Shown here in pieces: positions 1 to 11,389 of a stretch of DNA of 29,921 nucleotides. Every line of letters starts with the position of its first letter. Within the stretch, counting starts at the first letter, position 1. The notes below the pieces were generated by a model. It did not search any database. It saw only the letters and a list, made by a program, of their open reading frames with translations, and was not told the origin of the DNA. The stretch is from Octopus sinensis. Lineage: Eukaryota. A program made the position numbers and the translations under genes. The stretch is taken from contig NW_021832693.1 of assembly GCF_006345805.1 (NCBI RefSeq), forward strand, positions 1 through 29,921, read 5' to 3'.

Positions 1-35
1 CCCAGCGTGCTAACGATTCTGCCAGCTCGCCGCCT
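1..35 (-). mobile_element. Family A SINE 5' head, running off the left edge of the window
   Basis: Reverse complement reads GGCGGCGAGCTGGCAGAATCGTTAGCACGCTGGG, the same head as the copies at 9429, 17108 and 24536. Confidence 0.8.
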
Positions 36-40
36 ACAGG

Positions 41-395
41 TGATATTTCTTTCGGATTACGTTCTAAGTTCAAAGCTACGTTCTGAGTTCAAATTCCGCC
101 AAGGTCGACTTTGACTTTCATCCTTTCGAGGTCGATTAAATAAGTACCAGTTATGCACTGGGGTCGATATAATCGACTTGATCTGTTTGTCTGTCCTTGT
201 TTGTCCTCTCTGTGTTTAGCCCCTTGTGGGTAGTAAAGAAATAGGTATTTCTTTCGGACTAACGTTCTGAATTAAAATTCCGTGAATGTCTGCTTTGTAT
301 ATCATATTTTTTGCTTGATAAAAATAAGTTACAGTTAAGCACTGGGGGGTTGATGTAATCGGCTAGCCCCCGCCACCAAATTTCCTTTTCTATAG
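41..395 (+). mobile_element. Old family A SINE with a nested 5'-truncated younger copy (75-242)
   Basis: Contains the B-box-like GAGTTCAAATTCC, the central GACTTTGCCTTTCATCCTTTCGGGGTCGAT block and the tail ending GTAGTAAAGAAATA. The old-copy segment is duplicated at 43-74 and 245-277. Confidence 0.85.
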
Positions 396-846
396 GAGAA
401 AAAAAATTTTCTTCCCCTATCGACGCAGCGAGCATTCCATATTTTGAATTTTTTAAAAACTGATGATGTAAACCATCGCAAATCATATTCATCATTGTCT
501 TTAAAATGATGAATATGATGTAACTATAGATATAAAAAAAAGCTGGAAGGTCGCATTTAGAATACTTTCCAACTTAGCATGTTTTCCATTGTTTAAGGAC
601 AACTTGTGATTAAACAACAACGCCAGCAAGAGTTGTAGAGAAACTATAACTATTTTAATTATTATTATTTGTGCATAGAAATAGAGTGGAAGTTGCTTAT
701 TATATTCGGAATAATTTTATCAACACCTTATTTTTATCAGTCAGTTATTGTTATGGAAAAGTCTTCATCCCAAAGTGATCACAATAAATGGTTTCTACCG
801 TATACATACAAGCCTAGAAACAGACGGGTAGACATGCATTGAGATA

Positions 847-1178
847 AGGCGGCGAGCCTGCAGAATCGTTAGCACTTTGGGTGAAATGCTTAGCAGTATT
901 TCGTCTGTCATTACGTTCTGTCCTTGTCTGTCCTTGTTTGTCCCCTCTGTGTTTAGCCCCTTGTAGGTAGTAAAGAAATAGGTATTTCGTCTGCCGCTAC
1001 GTTCTGAGTTCAAATTGCACTGAGGTCGACTTTGCCTTTCATCCTTTCGGGGTCGATTAAATAAGTACCAGTTACGCACTGGGGTCGATGTAATCGACTT
1101 AATCCCTTTGTCTGGGGTCGATGGGATCGACTTACCTCTTCCCCCAAAATGTCAGGCCTTGTGCCTATAGTAGAAAAT
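847..1178 (+). mobile_element. Family A SINE dimer (young-tail unit plus old-tail unit)
   Basis: Full head GGCGGCGAGC.., two bodies, and a 13-bp TSD ACATGCATTGAGA at 832-844 and 1179-1191. Confidence 0.9.
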
Positions 1179-1188
1179 ACATGCATTG

Positions 1189-1191
<3 letters not shown>

Positions 1192-1219
<28 letters not shown>

Positions 1220-1224
1220 TAGAC

Positions 1225-1259
<35 letters not shown>

Positions 1260-1260
1260 G
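1192..1260 (+). repeat. (GACA)n-(GATA)n compound microsatellite
   Basis: Direct reading of the sequence. Confidence 0.95.
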
Positions 1261-1618
1261 TGAGTGTAGATATATGCTAATTTCAATGTGTAAATATTGA
1301 AAACAACGTTTCAATTGAACTCATACCTACATGCCTACACCCGTGCACACGCACATACACTCACATCTATGTCAGTCTGTCTTCTGTTGTGAGCTGTCAA
1401 TTATCCTATGCAAAATGTGTGTTTGTGTAGGTGTGCCCGTGTGTAACAGTACTAAATTCAAATGTTAGTTAGTGTTATGGTCTTTCACAGTAGTAAATGT
1501 GATGTCCTTTTTTGTAGTTATCGATGTTTATGTTTTATGTATTATTTTATGACATAGTCCTGTTTCCAAATCTTTTTACTCTTAGATATATATTCCATAT
1601 CTTAGCAACTCGAACACC

Positions 1619-1680
1619 CTTAAATCCTTAAAATCCTTAAAAATGTTTTAGCCCGAAGGCCGCGGCCATGCTGGGGCACC
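1619..1680 (-). mobile_element. Very short 5'-truncated retroposon 3' end with stem-loop and TTTAAGGA-like tandem tail
   Basis: Minus strand reads GGTGCCCCAGCATGGCCGC-GGCC-TTCG-GGCT-AAAAC-(TTTAAGGA)n. The GGTGCYCCAGCATGGCCGC motif is shared with family B tails. Confidence 0.7.
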
Positions 1681-1976
1681 AACCCTGCATAAAATTATTA
1701 ATCGTTTTATTTTTCTTTCATAAAATTAAATCAGTTAAGGGTTTAAGCAAATCACAAAACTATCTTTGAAAGATTTGACAGTACTTAATCCATCAAACAT
1801 CACTAAAAGTTTTCAGATTTTTACTTTTACCTAAAACATTGTTCAGACCTAATTCTTCTATAATTCTTTATTAAGAGGCTATTTCTCTCGTAGGGCTCCC
1901 TTTGTGCCGACAAGGGCCAAGGTTTCCCTACCTTAGGGAATACACCTTGCGTCTATAATAACATTACAAATATATT

Positions 1977-2135
1977 AGTTCAAATTCCGCCGAGGTCGAC
2001 TTTGCCTTTCATTCTTTGGGGGTCGATAAATTAAGTACTAGTTACGCACTGGGGTCGATGTAATCGACTTAATCCCTTTGTCTGTCCTTGTTTGTCCCCT
2101 CTGTGTTTAGCCCATTGTAGGCAATAAAGAAATAA
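1977..2135 (+). mobile_element. 5'-truncated family A SINE with (AAGAAAT)n tail
   Basis: Starts at GTTCAAATTCCGCCGAGG and ends GCAATAAAGAAATAAGAAATAAGAA. Confidence 0.9.
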
Positions 2136-2520
2136 GAAATAAGAATTAAACACAAAAATAGTTCAAAAATACATTTGAACATAATTAACTTATACCAATT
2201 TCTTGCGGAACCCCTACCATCCTCTCGCAGAATCCTGGCATTTTTGTGAGCTCCGGATAGAAAACGCAGCTTTATATTAATGAATGTGTTGCTGAGGAGG
2301 TCTAAAATCGAATTTCTAATGATCCTATTGATTTCAAAGATAATAAACAAGGCTGCTTCCTTTACTTCCGAACACAGGATTATAGGACTATTTGAACTCA
2401 TAGCTGCAACGCAATGATCGGGGTGTACCTTTGTTACTCCCTTCGAAAGTAGAAATTCTTAAATGCGTAACTTTTCTGCGGTTAGGTCGCTAAAATAAAT
2501 CGCTAAACTATATCAAGTAG

Positions 2521-2647
2521 TCTGCTGTGTCTGGGGAAAGTCATTTTCATTCTGTGCCTTATAATGTAACATACTCACCGGTAAATTTTCCACTTATTTC
2601 TTACTTTTATTTTCCTAAAATTTTCGTTGCGTCTTGCAACCTTTTCA
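2521..2647. mobile_element. 127-bp inserted repeat fragment of unassigned class
   Basis: Flanked by the 11-bp direct repeat ATATCAAGTAG (2510-2520 and 2648-2658). Confidence 0.5.
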
Positions 2648-3286
2648 ATATCAAGTAGATTTTAGTCTGGTAGAATAGAAATCCACTTTACAAGTGCCTC
2701 TGCGTAAATCTTCACCAACAAAAAAATAGCAAATTTCCAAGTCACGGCATACCTTCTTAGAATAAGATACTGTGTAATGTAGATCTGTGTTCCCTGAACA
2801 TAGGATAATATGGGGAGATCATGGCTTGGAAAGCTTCTAACTTTTGGTATACTCATTCAGGAATGACCGGGGCTAAAAACATCAGCAAAAAGAACAACAA
2901 CATATGATACAAGTAAAATGAATATTCTTACCGTTTGAAGTTACAAGAACATGAACCACAAACCTTTTGGGTTGTTTTCCTTATGTTATCCGGTATGTTA
3001 TCTGTACACCTATATGTACTTATGCGCTGCTTAGTTAACTGTATGTTACATTAGGACGTAACTCTAATCTACGAATTCATTTATTGTTATTTGTCTTTGA
3101 TAAGATGCAAAAAAAAATTTCAAGGCTTACACAATGGGAGATTGTAACCTGAATGTTTTTTCCGTAATGCTCAATAGCGTAAAGTCAGTTAGCCCCAATG
3201 GCCAGCATACTGTAGTACTAGCTGCCACAGTAATTTTCTAAACTCTATTGCATCGTAATGGAATGCTGTTATTTAATTACACTCTA

Positions 3287-3835
3287 AGGTAGTGGGTTGG
3301 CAGAGTCGTTACCGCACTGGATAGCATTATTAACGGTATTTTTTCCGGCATTTGTAGAGGCGCAATGGCCCAGTGGTTAGAGCAGCGGACTCGTGATCAG
3401 AGGATCGCGGTTTCGATTCCCAGACCGGGCATTGTGTTTGTTTATTAAAGGCGGTGAGCTGGCAGAAACGTTAGCACGCCAGGCAAAATGTATAGCCGTA
3501 TTTCGTCTGCCGTTACGTTCTGTGTTCAAATTCCGCCGAGGTCGACTTTGCCTTTCATCCTTTCGGGGTCGATAAATTAAATACCAGTTACGCACTGGGG
3601 TCGGTGTAATTGACTTAATCCGTTTGTCTGTCCTTGTTTGTCCACTCTATGTTTAGCCCCTTGTGGGTAGTAAAGAAATAGGTATTTCTTCCGGCATTCC
3701 GTTCCGAATTCAAACTCTGCAAAGTTCGACTTTGTCTTTCATCTTTTCGGGCTCTATAAAATAAATGCTATTTAAGAACTGGGGTCGATGTAATCGATTA
3801 GCCCCCACCCATCAAAAAATTTCAAGCCTTGTGTC
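3287..3835 (+). mobile_element. Old family A SINE interrupted by a family C tRNA head (3356-3445) fused to a young family A copy (3449-3680)
   Basis: Degenerate A head at 3287-3352 resumes at 3681-3835. An 18-bp duplication GGTATTT(T/C)TTCCGGCATT lies at 3335-3352 and 3681-3698. The C head matches the start of the family C copy at 23550. Confidence 0.85.
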
Positions 3836-3854
3836 GATACTTAAGGTAATTTAG

Positions 3855-4037
3855 CTACACTCTAATCAGTGCATCTATGATTTGGCATTCGTAAACGGCA
3901 ACCTCTTCAATTTCATCCACCAGGAAGGATTCCTCCAGTCTGTAAAACATCTCATTCGTACAGTCAAGAAGCGCAACAACTTTCAACTTCGTAACTGGCA
4001 TCATATCACTCACGCTTCCGAAAACAGTTATATCAAT
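3855..4037 (-). pseudogene. Possible BEL/Pao-type gag fragment (isolated remnant)
   Basis: 60-codon frame ..TKLKVVALLDCTNEMFYRLEESFLVDEIEEVAVYECQIIDALIRV* resembles the KLxxLxxLDxEI..EEIEE..YE.KI..AL pattern of BEL/Pao Gag N-termini. Judged by eye only. Confidence 0.35.
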
Positions 4038-4189
4038 TCATTGATTTTGCTTCCTTTGTTACATCAGTACCATTTCTATTCAGACAGATCTACTGAAAAC
4101 TTACTATCTTTGGTCGCATACTGAAATGGTCCTTTCTTACCCCCCCCCCCTTGACATCATCGGTAACAAAATTTTTTTTTACGCTTTTC

Positions 4190-4717
4190 ACGGAAATTAT
4201 CTATATATTTAATAATAACGTAACATACCCTCATTGATAAAACGAAAGAAGCTAACAAAAACTGAAAAATTTCGTTGTTAAATATTTTGGTTGTTTCTAT
4301 GAATTGAAAGTACTTATTAATGGTCGGCAGATCCTTGGAAATGAATTGTATCTTTAATATGGGTAATCTTTTGAAAACTGGCTTTAAAATTTTATCTCTC
4401 TCAATCTGATAATTTTTACATTGAAATATATAATGCCATAAACTTTCTGAATAGTCTCGGTAAAAACATAAAGGTGATTCCATACGACCTGTTTGCGATA
4501 GTATATAATATGACCCGTACGTAGTCAACAAAATCTTTGATTATTTGTATTGTTCAGTGATCGATAAGTTTTATAAGATGATAAATCTGCTTGAGATAAT
4601 GGCGGATTAAAGTTTGATATTTTATCTATTGATTCTTCCCAATATTTTCCCCCCACTCTAACTGATTACGTTTTTACAAAATGGTCTTACTTGGGATAGA
4701 TTTAAATGCAATCTATG

Positions 4718-4755
<38 letters not shown>

Positions 4756-4943
4756 GTATGTATGTATATATATATGTATGTATATATATATATATATGTA
4801 TAATATATATATATATGTATTATATATATATATATATATGTATTATATATGTATATATATGTATATATATATATGTATGTATAATGTATATATATATAAT
4901 ATATATATATATGTATATATATATTATGTATATATGTATATGT

Positions 4944-5025
<82 letters not shown>

Positions 5026-6100
5026 GTTATATATGTATATATATATATATATATATGTATATGTATATATATGTATTGTATATATATGTATATGTATATG
5101 TATATATATGTATATGTATAGTATATATATGTATGTATTATATATGTATATGTATAATATGTATGTATATAATATGTATATGTATATAATATATATGTAT
5201 ATATATATGTATATATATAGGTATATATGTATATATATATGTATATATATATGTATATATATAGTATATGTATATGCATATGTATATATATATGTATATG
5301 CATATGTAATATATATGTATATGTATGTATATATGTATATGTTTATATATATATATATATTATATATATATATAACTACTTGTTTCTTTTTTTTGAAGAC
5401 TCTGTTTGTTTGTTTGATTTTGTTGTTGTATTTTTATCTTGTTTCGCTGATTCTTCTTTTGTTTTCCATAATATTTGTATGAGCCGGCATCTAAATTATT
5501 GTTATCTTTCTATTGCTTTTAGCGGTATACTTTCGATTTTCTGGGTTTTTTTTTATAACACAACCACTTCTCTTGATTGAAATAAATCTAGATTAGATAA
5601 ACTAGCAGCCAAAAAAAAAAAAAAAAAATTTCCCCATGCCATTTCTTTAGCAAAATCTGAAATTATTATTCTGAACCGCTCTGCGTCACTTATAAATTCA
5701 CCAGGTAATTTTGAGCTGATATTTTTTATCAATATATTGATAATTTCAAGTACCTCCACGCCCTAGTCCATAGTCTGGATTTGACCTATCTATATAACTA
5801 ATCAAGATATCAAGTTTAATTGAATATTAATTACTATAGTGATATTCTTTTGCCTCCACTTTTGATTTTGCTATATTATTTTCATATAGGACTTTAATAG
5901 TCTTCCCTATGGGGTTTGCCAAAATTTGTTTTGTAGTTTTAAGAAAGACTATGAACAATTAGTAATGTACACTTCTTAAATTCATCTACCTATAAGACTG
6001 GTGGTTATTCCCGTTTCATGTCAATAACAACATAATACAGTTTTGTCTATTTGGACACGGAAATTTTCAATAGCTTCAAGAAAGACAATACAAGTATCTA
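4190..6100 (-). pseudogene. Decayed I-group (RNase H-containing) non-LTR retrotransposon 3' region, split by a microsatellite
   Basis: Minus-strand motifs appear in the expected order: ETGITTVL (~5995); YIDRSNPDYGLGRG (~5760-5797, like YTDGS); KLPGEFISDAERFRII (ORF 5553-5759); KITII*MPAHTNIMEN (5465-5510, like WIPAH.GI.GNE); RFC*LRTGH (4510-4536); SPLCFYRDYSESLWHYIFQCKNYQIER (CCHC-type finger, ORF 4157-4531); FIETTKIF. Stops and frameshifts are present. Confidence 0.75.
4706..5378. repeat. ~670-bp (TA)n/(TATG)n microsatellite
   Basis: Direct reading; it generates the spurious I/Y/M-rich ORFs at 4706-5580. Confidence 0.97.
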
Positions 6101-6162
6101 CAAGTATCTATCTGGTTATAAAAAAATACTATTTTTTATTATATTACTTTCATAATCTTTAT

Positions 6163-7376
6163 GCGAGTGTGATAGTGTGGTAAAGCGTTAACTTCCCAAT
6201 CACATGGATTCAGGTTCAATCCCACTGTATGGCACATTGACCAAGTGTTTTCTGCTATAATTCCAGATAGACCGAAATGCTTAGCGGTATTTGGTCTGTC
6301 TTTACGTTCTGAGTTCAAACTCCGTCGAAGTTAACTTTGCCTTTCATTCTTTCGGGGTCGATTAAATAAGTACCAGTTACGCACTGGGGTCAATATAATC
6401 GACTTAATCCATTTGTCCGTCCTTGTTTGTCCCTTCTGTGTTTAGCCCCTTGTGGGTAGTAAAGAAATAGGTATTTCGTCTGTCTTTACGTTCTGAGTTC
6501 AAACTCCGTCGAAGTTAACTTTGCCTTTCATTCTTTCGGGAGCGATAAATTAATTACCAGTTGCATACTGGGGTCGATCTAATTGACTGGCTCCCTCCCC
6601 CAAATTTCGGGCCTTTTGCCTAGAGTAGAAAAGATTGGCTTAGCAGTATTTCTGCCGGTCGCTCATTTCTGAGTTCAAATTCCGCCGTGGTCGACTTTGC
6701 CCTTCATCCTTTCGGGTTCGACTAAATAAGTATCAGTTGAGTACTGGAGTCGATGTAATCGACTTGTCCCCAAAATTGCTGCCCTTGGGGCAAAATTTGA
6801 AACCATTAATGTCATTATTATTAAGGTGGCGAGCTGGCAGAATCGTTAGCGCACTGGACAAAATGCTTAGCGGCATTTTGCCTGTCGCTACGTTCTGAAT
6901 TCAAAAGACTTTGCCTTTCGTCCTTCCGGGGTTCGATAAATTAAGCTGGCCGAATCTTTAGCACACTCGACGAAATGCTTAGCGGTATTTCGTCCGTCGC
7001 TCCGTTCTGAGTTCAAATTCTGCCGAGGTCAACTTTGCCTTTCATCCTTTCGGGGTCAATAAATTAAGTACCAGTGAAACACTGGGATTCATGTAATCGA
7101 CTAGACCCCTACCCCCAAAACTGAAAAGGCCTTGTACCTTCAGTAGAAAGGATTATTATGACGGCGAGCTGGCTGAACCTTTAGCGCCCCCGACGAAATG
7201 CTTAGCGGTATTTCGCCCGTCGCTCAGTTCTGAGTTCAAATTCTGCCGAGGTCGACTTAGCCTTTTATCCTTTCGGGGTCGATAAATAAAGTAATAATGA
7301 AGCACTGGTGTCGATGTAATCGACTTAATCCCCTTCCTCCAGCTGCCCTTGTGGCAAAGATTTGAAATCATTGTCA

Positions 7377-7410
<34 letters not shown>

Positions 7411-7680
7411 TACTACTACCAAGGTGGCGAGCTCGCAGAATCGTTAGCACGCCGAGTAAAACGCTTAGCTTCGTTTCGTTCGGCATTACGTTCTGTGTTC
7501 AAATTCCACCGAGGCTAAATTGCGGGGTCGATACAATAAGTACCAGCTGTTGTAATCAACTTAGCCCTCTCCCTCAAAATTGCTGGTCTTGAGCCAAAAT
7601 TTGAAACCATTATGATCATTATTAAGGCAGGACTGGGAAGATCATTAAACCCTCAACTCGTGCCTATAGTAGAAAGAATT
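6163..7680 (+). mobile_element. Same-strand cluster of about 7 family A SINE units, the first carrying a degenerate family B head (6163-6270)
   Basis: Repeated heads and bodies at ~6270, 6470, 6645, 6826, 6950, 7159 and 7423, separated by (ATT)n tails. Confidence 0.85.
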
Positions 7681-8299
7681 ATTATTAGTGCTATCACTAG
7701 TACTATTTCAGGTGTTGTTAATGGCTTAATTTCATATTTCATCGGTGCCTGTAGCAGAATATTCGTCTAATGCATTTTTAGTTGAGATATTAACAATGTT
7801 AAGTGTTTAATGAATGCTAAGTGGAGATACTGCTATCTTTGGATTGGGAGGAGCAAATGATATATTTTTACACTTTGTTTAAAAAGAAATTTCGCAAAAT
7901 TTGTTAAGTGTTACTTATGATCATTAGTGAAGCATAAAAAACGCTCTTTGAAAACTAATCGCCCTATGATGCCAATTTTCTTTCAGAAACTTGTAAGAAG
8001 TTTTGATATTAAGAGTTCATTTGTTCAATTCCAGCGAATCACTAGTATTGCCAACACAGGAAAGCTCGAAATTGCTGTTAACATCAAAGTAAAATAATGG
8101 AATATTCTAGTAAGTGCGTAAAAAGGATTATACACATATAGCATTGTACTAATTAGGATTCGAATATTGACACCATGTCTTGCATTTTAGAAGATTCTAG
8201 ATCAGATACAGGGGCTTTCGAGACACGGGCCGCATAAGACATGGCTCATCATGTTTTCAGTGATACCGTACTACTGAAAACAACCTATGTAGTTTTCCA

Positions 8300-8450
8300 T
8301 TAAGCCCGTTGTTCCGTGGGCTGCATGCGATCCGCAGGTCTAGATTAACCCCAGTACTTAACTGGGACTTTGATTTATTGGAACACGGAAGTATGGATGA
8401 CAAAGTTGACCCATGCAGGGTCAACTGGAACGTAAAAGAAGTATTGAATA
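8300..8450 (-). mobile_element. Highly diverged family A-like SINE body
   Basis: ACCCCAGTACTTAACTGGGACTTTG..GACAAAGTTGACC aligns to the reverse complement of the A central block. Confidence 0.45.
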
Positions 8451-8572
8451 TCGATTTCTGACATCGTACAATATCCGTATTTGACTGATAGTTTCTTTGT
8501 CGACTTGTAAGAATGAAGGACAAACCCAGAACGTGATATCACGCAAAAAAACATATACCATGAGTGTATTTT

Positions 8573-9178
8573 ATACCTATTTGTTTACTACCCACAAGGG
8601 GCTAAACACAGAGAGAACAAACAAGTACGGACAAGAAGATTAAGTCGATTATATCGACCCCAGTGCGTGACTGGTATTTATTTAATCGACCCCGAAAGGA
8701 TAAATGGCAAAGTTGACATCGGCGGAATTTGAACTCAGAACATAGCGGCAGACGAAATACCTATTTCTTTACAACCCATAAGGGGCTAAACACTGAAGGG
8801 ACAAACACAGATAGACAAACCGATTAAGTTGATTACATCGACCCCAGTGCGCAACTGGTACTTAATTGATTGACCCCGAAAGGATGAAAGGCAAAGTCGA
8901 CCTCGGCGGAATTTGAACTCAGAACATAGCGGCAGACGAAATACCTATTTCTTTACAACCCATAAGGGGCTAAACACTGAGGGGACAAACACGGACAGAC
9001 AAACCGATTAAGTTGATTACATCGACCCCAGTGCGCAACTGGTACTTAATTGATTGACCCCGAAAGGATGAAAGGCAAAGTCGACCTCGGCGGAATTTGA
9101 ACTCAGAACGTAACGGCAGACGAAATACGGATACGCATTTCGCCCGGCGTGCTAACGGTTCTGCCAGCTCGTCGCCTT
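8573..9178 (-). mobile_element. Family A SINE head plus three tandem units
   Basis: Head at 9178 reading leftward, units with ~184-bp period, and a 17-bp TSD (15/17 identical) at 8561-8577 and 9178-9194. Confidence 0.9.
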
Positions 9179-9428
9179 GAGGGCATTTTATACCATCACT
9201 CTAATGATTCTGTTGCTCATGCCTTGTGACATTTTGTAGTTCTGTGTGCGTGTGTGTGTGTGTGTGTGTGATTTTAACTGGGAATTTGTTAAAGCTACAC
9301 GTTTCCGTGAAATATTCAGTTACTTAATTCAATGAGCAGGTAATTCACTTGATCAAACAACTGAATATCGTTATCGTAGAGACCGACGGAGATACTTCTG
9401 GTATAGTATACATATAGTATACATTTAA

Positions 9429-9844
9429 AGGCGGCGAGCTGGCAGAAACGTTAGCATGCCGGGCGAAATGCTTAACGGTATTTCGTCTGCCGTCACGTTC
9501 TGAGTTCAAATTCCACCGAGGTCGACTTTGCCTTTCATCCTTTCGGGGTCGATAAATTAAGTACCAGTTACGCACTGGGGTCCATATAATCGGCTTAATC
9601 CGTTTGTCCGTCCTTGTTTGTCCCCTCTGTGTTTAGCCCCTTGTGGGTCATAAACAAATAAGTATTTCGTCTGCCGTTACGTTCTGAGTTCAAATTCCAC
9701 CGAGGTCGACTTTGCCTTTCATCCTTTCGGGGTCGATAAATTAAGTACCAGTTACGCACTGGAGTCGATATAATCGACTTAATCCGTTTGTCCGTCCTTT
9801 TTTGTCCTCTCTGTGTTTAGCCCCTTTTGGGTAGTAAAGAATTA
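9429..9844 (+). mobile_element. Family A SINE head plus two tandem units
   Basis: Full head, with the 17-bp duplication GGTATAGTATACATATA at 9400-9416 and 9845-9861. Confidence 0.9.
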
Positions 9845-9889
9845 GGTATAGTATACATATATAAATGCGCACCATCCGCACATACATAC

Positions 9890-9920
9890 ACAGACACGCA
9901 CAAACACACACACACACACA

Positions 9921-9960
<40 letters not shown>

Positions 9961-9972
9961 ACACACACACAC
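9890..9972 (+). repeat. (CA)n microsatellite
   Basis: Direct reading of the sequence. Confidence 0.95.
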
Positions 9973-10485
9973 AGAGATTGAGATCAAACAAGAGAAAGGG
10001 AAGAAAGAAAAGCAACGAAGACAACAAACATTAATGAAACCATAATAAAGATGATTAATTTTTAAAATATGCGGAGTGAGAAAGGAGGGCAGCCCAGCAT
10101 AAAAGAGGACAGCTATAGTGTTTAGCAATTTCCGCGGGAATGTGTGTACATTAGATTGTGTGTGTAGTCAGATATAGCCATAGATATACAAAATTAGGGA
10201 AGTAATTATTAATTAGCAGAACGTAAGTGTTTGTCATTTTGTATGTAAAGTTAATGTATGGGGGAGGGGCGTGGGGGTAACAAAAAAATTAATGGTGTGC
10301 GCGGAAATCTTGAAATGTTTTAACGATTTCGTCAAAAGCTACGTGAAATTTGACAAGTGTTTTCCAGAATATGTGTAATTAGAAAAAAAAATATTCAAAT
10401 GTTTTGTGCAATTTGTAAAATGTCGTCAACATTTGTAAAATGTCGTCCATGCAACATTTGAGAAATCCCATAAAACGTTTAGTCA

Positions 10486-10702
10486 TTTACTCTTTTACTT
10501 GTTTGAGTCATTTGACTGCGGCCACGCTGGAGCACCGCCTTTAGTCGAGCAAATCGATCCCAGGATTTATTCTTTGTGAGCCTAGTACTTGTTCTATCGG
10601 TCTCTTTTGCCGAACCTCTAAGTTACGGGGACTTAACTTAGCGGACACACCTGCATCGGTTGTTAAGCGATGTTGGGGTGACAAACATATACACACACAT
10701 AC

Positions 10703-10734
<32 letters not shown>

Positions 10735-10903
10735 AATATATATACATATATACGACGGGCTTCTTTCAGTTTCCGTCTACCAAATCTTCTCACAAGGCTT
10801 CTATAGTAGAAGATACTTGCCCAAGGTGCCACGCAGTGGGACTAAACTCGGGACCTTGTGGTTGGTAAGCAAGCTACTTACCACACAGCCACTCCTGCGC
10901 CTA
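10486..10903 (-). mobile_element. Family B tRNA-derived SINE (CORE-like centre, internal TA/TG microsatellite)
   Basis: Head GCGCAGGAGTGGCTGTGTGGTAAG..TAGTCCC, then ACCTTGGGCAAGT (CORE-like), then tail GGTGCTCCAGCGTGGCCGCAGTCAAATGACT..(TAAAAGAG)n. Matches the copies at 14491 and 24071. Confidence 0.85.
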
Positions 10904-10949
10904 TTTCTCAACAGCATTAAAATTTTATCATTATAATTGACAATAGAAA

Positions 10950-11160
10950 GGCGGCGAGCTGGTAAAATCGTTACCCCGTCGGGAAAAATGCTTAGCGGCA
11001 TTTCGCCCGTCCTTACGTTCTGAGTTCAAATTCCGCCGAGGTCGAGTTTTGCCTTTCATCTATTTGAACAAAACACTTACTAGTTGAACAGTTGGATCGA
11101 TGTAATCGATTCACCCTCGCTCTCGAAATTTCTCGCCTTGGGCCAAAATTTGAAATCATT
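10950..11160 (+). mobile_element. Family A SINE, old-tail monomer
   Basis: Head and body ending ..GGGCCAAAATTTGAAATC(ATT)n. Confidence 0.85.
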
Positions 11161-11389
11161 ATCATTATTATTAAGGTAGAGAACTGGGAGAATATTTACA
11201 ATAAGCACAGGTAAAAAGTCAGATTCAAAACACTCGATTATGATCTTTCAATGATAAGTCAATATTTATCTTCGCCCGGTGAAAAAAGCTTAAGAACGGA
11301 TCTTCTCCAAACAGAGACTGTAAGGACAACTTAAAGATAGTTCAAGTATATAAGAGTTTCACCTGTCTACTTCGACAGAATATACATAC

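Noticed and set aside
2069-2856. Minus-strand ORFs of 110 aa and 64 aa
   Set aside because: No recognisable motif; one runs into a SINE and the region is interrupted by an insertion.
4706-5580. Long ORFs up to 258 aa, and similar ones at 9741-10128, 14675-15498, 20874-21356 and 29141-29598
   Set aside because: They are translations of (TA)n/(TG)n/(CA)n microsatellites, which lack stop codons.
8573-9178. Regularly spaced repeats resembling a CRISPR array
   Set aside because: The units are ~185-bp homologous SINE bodies without unique spacers, in eukaryotic DNA with no cas genes.
10180-10280. GC-box-like GGGGAGGGGCGTGGGG as a promoter
   Set aside because: It is an isolated motif with no associated gene start or CpG island.
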